A DNA stretch of 64,000 nucleotides from the NCBI GenBank assembly GCA_949358305.1, contig OX442314.1, positions 28,644,001 to 28,708,000 of the forward strand, read 5' to 3'. This document shows, piece by piece, positions 43,401 to 55,400 of this stretch. Position numbers and translations under genes: made by a program. The notes below the pieces were generated by a model. That model was not told the DNA's origin. It saw only the letters and a program-made list of their open reading frames with translations, and ran no database searches. Every line of letters starts with the position of its first letter. Within the stretch, counting starts at the first letter, position 1. Origin of the DNA: Strigamia acuminata (Eukaryota).

Positions 43401-46400
43401 ACGCAATTTCCCGCCTAAAAATCGCCATTGCTTGAAAATCACAATTTTCTGCCTAAAAATCGCAACTTTCTGCTTAAAAATCGCAATTTTCTGCCTCAAA
43501 ATCGCAATTTTCTGCTTAAAAATCGCAATTGCTTAAAAATCGCAATTTTCTGCCTAAAAATCGCATTTTTCTGCCTAAAAATCGCAATTTTCTGCCTAAA
43601 AATCGCAATTTTCTGCCTAAAAATCACAATTTTCTGCGTAAAAAAGCATTTTTTATATTTACAATTGCTATTTTCAATCTAAAATGTGTTGAATGAACAT
43701 AAAATGCATTAATGTTAAGTCTACACGTAAAATAGCGCATTGTTCGGGCAATAAATTGCAATTTAAATCATAAATTCTACTTATCCCATTTAAAATTGCA
43801 CATTTCAGCATAAAAAATTACACATTTCAGTTTAAAAATTGCACGTATTTTGTCAAAAATTAACTTTTGCGTAAAATATACACCCATTAAACCTAAAACG
43901 TCACCAAAAAAGCGCAAAACCCAACCTCAGCTACAAAACAAACAACCAAACAAACAATTTGCTTACATCGCCGATGTTTGACCATATGCATTCCGGTCGC
44001 TTCGCTCGGCTCGCTCGGCCCAGCCTTGTTGACGGCGACAATCCTGAACTGCGTTTGCGTCCCTTCCTTCAACCCCTCGACTTTGCCCTCGCATTTATCC
44101 CCGGGAACTTCGGCCACCTTCTCCCACGTGTTGCTGGCCTTGTCCTTCTTCTCGACGACGTACTTCTCGATCGTCGCCCCTCCGTCCGTTTTCGGCGCGG
44201 CCCATTTCAGATCCACGCTCTTATCGTCCCAGTCGACCAGCTCCGGTGCGCCCGGTTTGCCCGGTTCGTCGTACGGGTTCTTAGCGATGATCGGGTCCAA
44301 CGTTTGCAGCGGTTCCGACTCGCCCTCCTCGTTAATGGCCGACACTCGGAAGTGGTATTCCTTGCCGGGCGTCAAATTCGTCACTTCGAACTCCGGTTTG
44401 TCCGATTTGCCCACCCGCGACCATTTGCCGGTCTTCGCGTCCATTTTCTCGATGTCGTACTGCTGGATTGGTGATCCGCCGTCATCTTTAGGTCTGTTCC
44501 ACTTCAGTTGGCAACCTTCTTTGTGCACGTCGCTCACTTTCAGGGGTCCTTCCGGTCGGGATGGTTTACCTAGAGTAAACATTTTTCTTTTATTCATTTG
44601 TTTTTGAATTATTTTGAATTTTTATGAATTATTTTGAATTTTTTAGAATTTTTCTGAAATATTTGGAATTTTTATGAATTTTTTTGTAACTTTTTAACAT
44701 TATTTTCACTTTCTTTGAATTTTTTAGAATTTTAAAAACTAATTTTGAATTTTTTAGAATTTTAAAAACTAATTTTGAATTTTTTAGAATTTTAAAAACT
44801 AATTTTGAATTTTTTAGAATTTTAAAAACTAATTTTGAATTTTTTAGAATTTTAAAAACTAATTTTGAATTTTTTAGAATTTTAAAAACTAATTTTGAAT
44901 TTTTTAGAATTTTAAAAACTAATTTTGAATTTTTTAGAATTTTAAAAACTAATTTTGAATTTTTTAGAATTTTAAAAACTAATTTTGAATTTTTTAGAAT
45001 TTTAAAAACTAATTTTGAATTTTTTAGAATTTTAAAAACTAATTTTGAATTTTTTAGAATTTTAAAAACTAATTTTGAATTTTTTAGAATTTTAAAAACT
45101 AATTTTGAATTTTTTAGAATTTTAAAAACTAATTTTGAATATTAGTGAATTTTTCGTACCCAACACGGTGAGTTCAACCGACACGGAGTCTTTTCCGGAC
45201 GCATTGCTCGCGATGATCGTATATTTCCCCGAATCTTTGCGTTTCGCGTTGAGAATAGTGAAATCCGAATGGTATTCCTTATCCTCTATCTTGATGTTCT
45301 CCGAACTCACTTTGACCTCGTTGAATATCCACTGCACTTGCGGCGGAGGCTCGCCGATGATATCCACTTCGTATTTGTGCGTGCGACCAACTTTGATCGT
45401 AATGTTGCGCAAATTAGTTCGATCGATGCGAGGTTTCACTAAATCACAACAAAAAAATCGTCAAAATCAACCTTAAATCCAACGTAAAACACAAAACAAA
45501 ACATGCCTATTCTACTTTGAAATTGACCCATTTTCAATCACTTAAACAATGCAAATAACAGTGAAATAACATGGCGCCCGTAGTAACCAAATTTGACATT
45601 ACACATCGCTTTAATAAATTCTTAATGACAAAACAATAAAAATAACGATCAAAACCGATCACAATGTTAAACAATGACGTCATTTGAATGATTATTGCTT
45701 GGGCTTTCCGGCACAAGCTTGATGTAGTGCAGGGCAGCCATTTTCCCCATATTAAGCGAGAAACACCGCCATCTAGTGGCAAATTGCTGCATTTTGGGAA
45801 CTATTTCTCGCAATGCATTTATACTGGTGTTATGAATCTCCCAACCTATGGGAGTATTTCAAGTACTTTTCGGAATAGAGTTTAGTTTCTTAATTAATGA
45901 GATTCTCTAAAATATTTTTGCGAAAAAAATTTGTTTTTCCTCGGACTTACAATTTCTATGTTTAACAATATGCGGATTCGTCGGCTCGCTCGGTTCGCTG
46001 ACACCGGCCTTATTAATCGCCCGGACACGGAACTGAACGGTCGTATTCTCCTTTAACTCCGTCACGCTTATCTCGGTCTTGGGGCCGTCGGTTTTGGTCA
46101 CTTCGGTCCACTCCAACGCGAATTTATCCTTCATCTCAATGACATAATGCGATATCGGTCTTCCGCCGTCGGATTCCGGCGCTTTCCACGTCAAATCCAC
46201 GCGCGTGTTGTCCCAATCCACGACCTCCGGCTGCGACGGTTTACCCGGCTCATCTAAAAACACAAAATAAATCACAAAAAATCACAAAAAACAAACAAAT
46301 GTTACCGTAAGGATTCTTTGCCAGAATTGGTTTTTCGGTCTCTAGGGGTTCGGATTCTCCCTCCTTATTGATCGCCTTGACCCTAAATTTGTATTCTTTT

Positions 46401-49400
46401 CCCTTCTGGAGACCCTCGACTGTGATTCCAGTCTTGTCCGGTCCAACTTCGCCGGCCGGCATCCATCTGCCGGTATCCATGTCCATTTTCTCCACAACGT
46501 ATCCCTTGATGTCGGAGCCGCCGCTGTCCGCCGGCTTCTTCCAGCTGAGTTTGACGTGGTCTTGGCGCACTTCTTCCGCAACCAGGGGTCCGCCAGGGCG
46601 GGATGGTTTGTCTGATTAGAAAATAAGGATTAATTTTGGGTTTTGGTGGTTTTTTTTTTTTTTTTTTTTTTTTTCTTTTCTTTTTTACCTAGGACTATGA
46701 CATCGCCGGATGTGGAGCAGGTTCCTGAGGAGTTGCTTAAGATTAGTCGGTAGATGCCACTGTCGTTGCGCACGGCGCGCTTGACGTTGATGATGGTGGT
46801 TTTGATGGTTGTTTCGATGGTGACTCTTTCGTCGATGACTTCGATGTTTCTCTCGTTGAGTTGCCATTGAGCAGTTGGGGGTGGCTCGCCGCCGAAGTTT
46901 ATTTCGTATTTGATGGTCTGGCCTTTCTTTACTACCAGGCTTGTTAGTTCGTCGCCGATTATGTATGGTTTGACTGGAATGGATAAATTTGTTACAATTT
47001 GTCAAACATTCGGACAAAAAATTCTAAAATTTGCAAAAATTCTTCCGAAATGTCAGAATTTGTCAAAAATTTGTCAAAAATTTGTCAAAAAATTGTCAAA
47101 AAATTGTCAAAATTTTGTCAAAATTTTGTCAAAAAAATGTCTAAATTTTGTCAAAAAATTGTCTAAATTTTGTCCAAAGATTGTCTAAATTTTGTCCAAA
47201 AATTGTCTAAATTTTGTCCAAAAATTGTCTAAATTTTGTCAAAAAATTGTCTAAATTTTGTCAAAAAATTGTCTAAATTTTGTCAAAAAATTGTCTAAAT
47301 TTTGTCAAAAAATTGTCTAAATTTTTCTCAAAAATTTGTCAAAAATTTGTCAAAATATGTCAAATGTGCTCAACAAAATATATCGACATACTCACCAAAT
47401 CTAGATTTAGCAATGATTGGCGGTGTTGGGTCACTCGGTTCTCCCGGTCCTGCCTTATTAACAGCACGGACCCGGAATTCGTACTGATTGCCTTCCTTGA
47501 GTCCATCAACAGTGGTTGCCAATTCATCAGTTACTGGCACCTCCTTGGCTTTAATCCATTCCTTAGAAAACTTATCCCTCTTCTCAATAACATAAGTTAA
47601 AATCTCAGCTCCGCCGTCCGTCTCCGGCTTCTCCCATTGCAGATCAACCCTGTCTTTATCCCAGTCAGTAACCTCAACTTTTCCAGGTTTACCAGGCTCA
47701 TCTGAAACACAAATTTAATTATTTTCCTTTCAACCAAAAAAAAAAGATAAAAATTCCTACCCCAAGGATCCTTAGCAATGGTGGTCCTTGGAGCATTGCA
47801 TGGCTCCGACTCTCCTTGTTTGTTGACAGCCTTCACTCTGAATTTGTACTCTTTCTTGAAAACTAGATCAATACATTTGAAAGTGGTGTCTTGAACTTGT
47901 GCAACTTCAACCCATCCTCCCCTTGCAGCCAGGTCTTGTCTTTCTAGCACATAATGCATGACCGGAACTCCGCCATCGTCTTTGGGCGGCTTCCAATGGC
48001 ACACGCAACTTGTTTTGAAGACTTCCTTGATTTCCAATATGTCGGGTGGATCGGGTTTATCTAAAATTAATCCCAATTCAATGTGTGTTGGACAATATGG
48101 TTTTGCAATGTATTTTGAAATGCATTGGGTTTCACAAGAACGCATTTTGTAATACGTTTTTGCGTGTTGCACTGCTTGAAATTTCATATTTAGATTACCG
48201 GAAAGTCAAGTAAATATAATGTAAAGTCTGTATTTATAACTGTAAATATAACTTTACAATTTTGGTTTGAAAATAATCATGCATTTTGTAAAATGCATTA
48301 TTATTTGTCAAATATAAATGTATTTTTTTTTTCAATTGTATTACGAAATGCATTATTTAATGTACAGATCATATACTCAATTCCACAAAATGCTATACGT
48401 TTTGAAATTCATTAAGTGAAAAGAAATATATTAGGCGCGTTCAATATAAAATGGATTTCGCTGATTTCGCTGATTTCGGGAGCCCGAAAGTGACGGTTTT
48501 TCCGTCTTAAAAACGGATTTCAGAAAATCCGATTTTGCGAAAGCGACGTGTAGGGTCGCTTTCTTTGATTTCCTTGATTTCCAAGTTGATTTTCAGCCAT
48601 CTTGAATTGTACATACTGTAGAGCGATCAGAGCAGTTATTTTTGTTTGCAATTTAATAATTGCAATTGGGAAAATCGTGATATTTCGACCACGTTTGAGC
48701 TATCAAAGGCGCCCGAAAGTTTTTAAATTTCAAACAGGAAGTCAAATTGCGCATGCGCAACAGTTGGATTTCCAAAAAAATTAAGGCCGTTCAAAGTTGA
48801 AATCCGATTTCCTTGAATTCAGAAAATCAAGAAAATCACGATTTCGGAAATCCATTTTATATTGAACGCACCTATTGTAAATAAATATGGGGAAATTCAA
48901 CTTTGGGCCCGAAAGCTCGGTAAGGAATAAGGATAAAGCATGCCACACTGGTCTCCTGCCGTACCTAACATATTTATTTTGATATCAATTTTATCTTCTC
49001 CCTGAGAATTAGATAATACTAGTTGGTATGGTCCTGAAGATCCTTTCCTATCTGGTTTCTTCAGTTTATATTCAATCTTGTCATCTCGTACAATAATTTC
49101 CACATCTTTCGGCGAAACTGGTTTTCCGTCGCGAAGAAGTTTTGCTTCGACCGGCGTAGTTCTCGTTCCATGTACAACGTATGGTACTTGTATGACTAAG
49201 GGTTTTCCGGATGGGCCCTTAATGTCGCGGTCTTCTAATTGAATGATTGGTGGTTTTTCGCCCTCGCCTACTGAAAGTCGTCCCTGGGTTTTCAAATTGT
49301 GCGCTTTGCACCTGTATTCGCCTTCGTCGTCTAGTTGGGCGTTGTGGATAATAACTGAGTGACGGCCATTATTGTCGTTTGTAATTTCAATTCTAGGAAA

Positions 49401-52400
49401 GAGAAATTATGTGACTATTAGATGAGTTTTGATTTTTGTGATAAAAATAGAAATACCTGTCGCTTGGTTTAAGCGGCTGGTTGTCTTTAAACCATTCCAC
49501 GCCGACTGCGGGATCAAGTAAGGCAACTTCCAGGATAACTTGCTGCCTTTCTAAAGCTTGGGTGTCTTGGAGTTTTTTAATAAAATTGTTCAAAGCTGCA
49601 TATAAAAAAAAATATTTTATGAACACAATTTCTTTCCCTGTAATAAAGGAAGATTTGAACAACAGCTAGTACTCGGAATGTCGGGAATGTCGACACTGCA
49701 TTTCCAAATACAGACTTTGTTCAAGGAGTCGCATACAAAGATTTTTAAAATTTTCTCAAATTTGTCAAATTTTCTCGAATTTGTCAAAAAATTCTCGAAT
49801 TTGTCAAAAAATTCTCGAATTTGTCAAAAAATTCTCGAATTTGTCAAAAAATTCTCGAATTTGTCAAAAAATTCTCGAATTTGTCAAAAAATTCTCAAAT
49901 TTACCAAAAAAATTCTCGAGTTCATCAAAAATTTCTAGAATTTATAAAAAATTTCTCGAATTTATCAAAAATTTCTCGAATTTATCAAAAATTTCTCGAA
50001 TTTATCAAAAATTTCTCGAATTTATCAAAAATTTCTCGAATTTATCAAAAATTTCTCGAATTTGTCAAAAATTTCTCAAATTTATCAAAAATTTCTCGAA
50101 TTTATCAAAAATTTCTCGAATTTATCACAAATTTCTCGAATTTATCAAAAATTTCTCGAATTTATCAAAAATTTCTCGAATTTATCAAAAATTTCTCAAA
50201 TTTATCAAAAATTTCTCGAATTTATCAAAAATTTCTCGAATTTGTCAAAAATTACCCAAATTATGTCAAAGGTACATTGACTAATTGAGTACACGGTATC
50301 CTGTCAACATATCGGCTTACATCTGAAGCTGCCATTGGTATAACAAACGTTAAAAGTGTATAATTACGTTCAACGATAAGCTCCCCGCTAGTAGTTGCAG
50401 CATTGGTTTTGCAAGTCCAGTTACCTTCATCAGTAACTTTGGCAGATTTTATTAACACTTTTCTTTTACGGTTCTCCACAATAATCTCCACTCTGAAATC
50501 ACACAAAATAATTCCAACTGTAGTTATTCCGAACAACCGTTAAGTCGTTAACGACCGATACCTTCCAGGTTCAGGTACAAGTTCTTTGTCATCCAAGAAC
50601 CACGTAACTGGAGCATCTCTATCATCAACCTCACACTCCATAGTTGCCTGTTCCTTTTCGAAAACCTTAAGACTTTTCATTTCCCTAGAGAAATCATACT
50701 TTTGCTCTACAAAAGGAAATAGATCAAGTTAGATCCAAAAAACAGGCATTTCTTCCACTGACAACAAACAGTTTTTCTTCACCATTACTAACCTACAATC
50801 AATAGATCACATTGGGTTTTTGCTTCTGATTTGTCAATTCTTGCGTAGTATATCCCAGAATCATCAAGTTGACTCTTTTTAATGTGCAAAGTACATCTGC
50901 CAAGCGTGTCTTTTTCCATTTCATACTTTTCACTATGCTGAAATTGTTGAAAAATTGTGATAAAAATGAAGATACAAAAAATCACTATTTTTAGCGTTTT
51001 CATTTCAAATTAATGCATGGATAACGAGATAACAGACAGCGGACACTTGAAGTGGAAACACAAGGGAGCGGATAAAATTCCAAAGCTTGCTAGTACAAGT
51101 TTAAAAAGGGAGTCATTTACAAGCTCATTTGACCCGCTTTTGGCTTACCAGCTTAACCGGTAAACTCAAGCTAGCTAGGTAGCTGCCAGAATTACCGCCA
51201 AAATCTTCTCCAAAAATTTCCTCGCGATTCTGATTGGCTGTCAAAGTCACATGACCAAAACACCAGCAAGCTTGAAGCTGGTAAATCGAACTCAGTTTGA
51301 TCGGAGCGGGTCAGTAAAAGCTCGATTCAAAAAAAGCTTTGAATAAAAACGCAAGCTTGTGTTTGCTCAAGCGGGCGAGTTTTTAGCCGCTTTTTCAAGT
51401 AAAAGCAAGCTTTCAAATTTTAACCGCTCTCTTGTGTTTCCATCTTAAGGTAGCGTCATCCAGATTTTCCATGAGTGGCCCATCAATCCTTTTGACTTTA
51501 ATGAGTTTTTAGCAAGAGATGTCAGAAGCGTTAACAAAAATCAGCAATAAGCACGTCGTAGTCGAAACATTCTCAACAGCTCTGAAACAATTTCTCATAT
51601 CCTTTTGGATGTAGCTATATATGAATTATTATACCTCTAATTTTTTGTCTTTCTTCCACCAAGTCACAATTGCTTTGTAACTGGAAACAACACATTCCAA
51701 CAATGTCTCCTTGTGACAGTATCCTTCAAGTTTCTTGGGCAACTTCTTGGTGAAGGTGTAACTGGGGTCAGGTTCTGCATAAATAAATGAATATTGTCAA
51801 TAAAAGTCAAACCAATTAGAAATTAATTACACAATACATACCCAATACTTGCAGATAAGCAACAGATGCAATGCCCAAACATTCCACACTGTATTTGCCA
51901 GAATCTTCCACTTTGGGGTTGCTGATTTCCAATGTGTGAGTATCACCCTCACTTTTGATGTGGTATTTAGCACCCATGAAACATTCTTGTTTGTTTCTGC
52001 ACCATTTTGATTTGCAGTTTGGTTTGGAGAAAACACCTTCAAAGCGTACTTTCTTCTCTTTGCCTTGTTTGACCGTGATGTCAATAAGCGGCTTCATCCA
52101 TGTTTCTTGTTTCTGTTTATTTGTTTAGAAATGATGTTTTTTAATAAAGGAATATTTTCAAAGGTCAAAGATTATCCAAATTAAATTTTTTGGTAAAAAA
52201 AAATGTACTGTTTGGAACTTTTCCAATGGGCATGCATCATATTTTTTAAAAAACCAATAAATAAAATATTACTAATATAAAAAAAAAATTATAAAATAAA
52301 AAATGAATAAATACATGTGAAATACATGTAACAAATAACACAAAATCATGCAATTAACATGCTTACAAAAATAAACACTCAACAAATAATATAAAATAAA

Positions 52401-55400
52401 ACTGAAATATAAAAAATATATATAAAAATGAATTTTAGGCATGTGTGCTAGAAATGATTAACTACCTGCAACTGGGATCAGCTTATTTTAGTCTAGTTTT
52501 GCTGTATTCAGAAAAATAAAAATTATTCTCCAGTGGTCTGCACAGAGAGTAGGAGGCAGAAAACTGATGGTATCAGAAGTACATAAATAAGTTTATTTGG
52601 CTTTTTCTAGTCAAAACATAAATAAAACGACTATATTTTGCATGAGAGTTTTCCATTGAATGGCTAAATTAACAGGCCACTCTTAACCTTTTTTATATAA
52701 ATTTTTCTTATGCTGTTGTGAAATTGTTAGAAATAATTAAGATGTTTGTGTACTTTACACCCAAGAGAGTTTAGCCAAAATAATGTCATCAACATTTCGC
52801 CACACCGTGGAAGTGTAATGAACATGGTATAAATATTACACCATTATGCATGCACACCAAGTAGATGTCATGATTCCCAGAATTTTTCTCTGAAATAGTT
52901 CAATTGTTTAATTTGATTGATAAATATTTACATTTTTGTATACATGGAGGCCCCACTGACCGGACTGAATACAAAAAATGCACTTTTTAGGCGCTCAAAG
53001 GCACCAATTTGCAAAAATGTACCAATGTAAAATAGTGTACTCTGTACAGTCCAGACACACCCAGCAATGTTAAATTTCCTCTCCCATCTGGACAGCCCAT
53101 TAGCCCAGAAAAGAAATCCTCGGTAGTAATTAATCCTCTCATGTAAACATAGTATTTAAATAAAAATTATATTTTTTCTAATTTAAGAAATTGCATACTT
53201 CTATTTATGTGCTTCTATTTGCAAAGCCCTTATCCAGAAGGGTAAAAGTTAAAATAAATTAGGTGAAGATGTCGAGAGAACTGGCTTTTAACAGCTCTTG
53301 AAGACGCAGAGAAAAGCAAAAAAGACAAGAAGACAGGATATAGACGTAATAGTCAAAGATGTTTGAACGGTGAAAGTTGAAGTGAAATATATGCAAATTG
53401 CAACTTAAAATTAATTTCATACTCTAATTTTTTTTTTGTTCTAATTTCTTATTTCTAAATTTGCCGAACCTCCTGCTCTCTGATGACCTTTTGCAAGGTT
53501 GGCCAGTCGGGTATAATATCAGCCAAAGACTGTCGACGGTCCGTTGATGGCCGGCGCAAATCAAAATTCTAAAATCACCAACACTTGTTAGTGTCACAAA
53601 CAAAAAACATGCAGACTGAAAAGAAAAAATCATTTGTCAACATACATAGTTCTCATCTAAATCAAACAAGTGTTAGTTGAAACATTTAAACATACAAAAC
53701 GAACTAATGCCGAAACAAATGGTTAGTAACATGGAAAACTTAACTGTGACCCAAACAGTTGGTGTAACATGCAAATGTGAAGAATTTAGTGTTTTGGCTT
53801 TAATGGCAAGAAATTGCTGCAATCTGTTTTGGCCTTACAGATGATCGACAATATGTCTGGAAAATTAATAGTCTTTACTTCCGCCTCCCAAATTTCTGGT
53901 TGAAAAAGAACCCTCGAACCCAGATATCCCGTTTGCACATTTACAAACTGCAGATGCTTCAGGAATCTTTGCGGCCAGACACCAGGTGGGTGCAACTTGG
54001 ATACTTTGCCGTCATTGGTCGAAAAGCGTGTCGTCATCAAAGGGTCAAGTGACGTATGTAAAAGTACTAAAATATACTGGTATACAGTATGTGATATCAG
54101 ATTGTTAGGGATATTTAATACCGAGAGTTAATACTCAAATTTTAAGTTAACATAAAATAAAATAAAATTGAGACTAATTTCATGCGTGTGAATTAAATTT
54201 AATTTAAAAATCTGTGACGTCATGAATGGCCAGTGATTATAATCTGTAACAGCAAGGGCCCTCCAGTGACGTTGTGCGCAGACCTATGCACAACATTGTT
54301 GGCTTTTTTCTCCAAGTTGCGCAACCTTATAGTATTCTAGTAGCCTTGGTATCTGACAGGACGGCAAGTTCCCTGCTCAGATTGCGTTCGCCTCACCTTA
54401 ACTGGGTCATACTGTACAAAGCAAAACACAGTGAAACAAATCATTTCAATATTTTCCGAGGGTTTTAAATTTCCATGCTTGCTTTGGTTTTTGCTTTTCC
54501 AAGCTTGCCTGGGGTGTGTTAAAGCTACCACTGCCTGAAACAGGCTTAGATACCGGCTTTTCCGTTCAGTGCCTCACTGTGTGCCCCAACAAACACTTGG
54601 GTGGCTATAGCAGGGTTGTTCACGAGTGCGAAATATCGCACCGCAAATTTTTTATTTCCAAAATTGCACTGCGGTTTTTATAAAAAACTGCAATATGATT
54701 AACCTTCCCATAGCCATGGTGGGTCAAAAAAATTACAGAAGTGGAAAAATCACTGTAATTCTTTTTTTTCTGATAATTAATTAATGAGGTTAACTTTTAT
54801 TCCTCAAAAACTTTTTTTTCTTATTTTATAATGTCTAAATACAAATAGTTTTTCAATTATTATTAAGATAATTTAATATTTTTAACATAAAACACCCTTA
54901 ATGGGAGCGCCGTACACTGCTTTGCCATCTGTTTGCACTAGGTGGCGTATTAAAATTAGTTTTAAAACATGTGCTTTTACCAGAAAAAATGCGATTGCAC
55001 CAGGAAAAATGTGATTCTGCACATGCACAGAAGCATTTTAAAAGAAGGCCGATTTGACCGACCTTAGCTAGCAATGGTGGAAACTAGGCTTGGCTATGGG
55101 AAGGTTAACCGCAAACCGCAAAGAACCGCAGAAAACTGCAAATCTGCAAATTTTATTTATTTTATTTAAAAAAAATTAATTTTATTTTTTTCTACCTGAA
55201 TTTTGGATTTTTTAGGGTTTATTTTCTTGAATTGTGAAGTTTTTAGGGTTTATTTTCTTGAATTGTGAAGTTTTTAGGGTTTATTTTCTTGAAATTTTTG
55301 GTTTTTGCAGCTGTGTGGTTTTTTGCGGGTATGCAATTTTTGCAGTTAGGACATCCAGTGGACTTCCAACGGATGTCATGTCTAAATTTTCTGGATGTCC

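Noticed and set aside
45833..45889. About 55-bp inverted match to about 58952-59007 (and 53068-53108 similar to 57968-58008) as possible long-range RNA pairing
   Set aside because: More simply explained as dispersed transposon fragments; no link to exon boundaries.
49678..50288. Repetitive ORFs in satellites (also 10519-10943, 12286-12687, 41761-42127)
   Set aside because: Translations of tandem repeats that happen to lack stop codons.
52466..52537. 72-nt exon-like segment with good acceptor and donor
   Set aside because: Stops in all three frames; a poison exon cannot be supported without transcript data.
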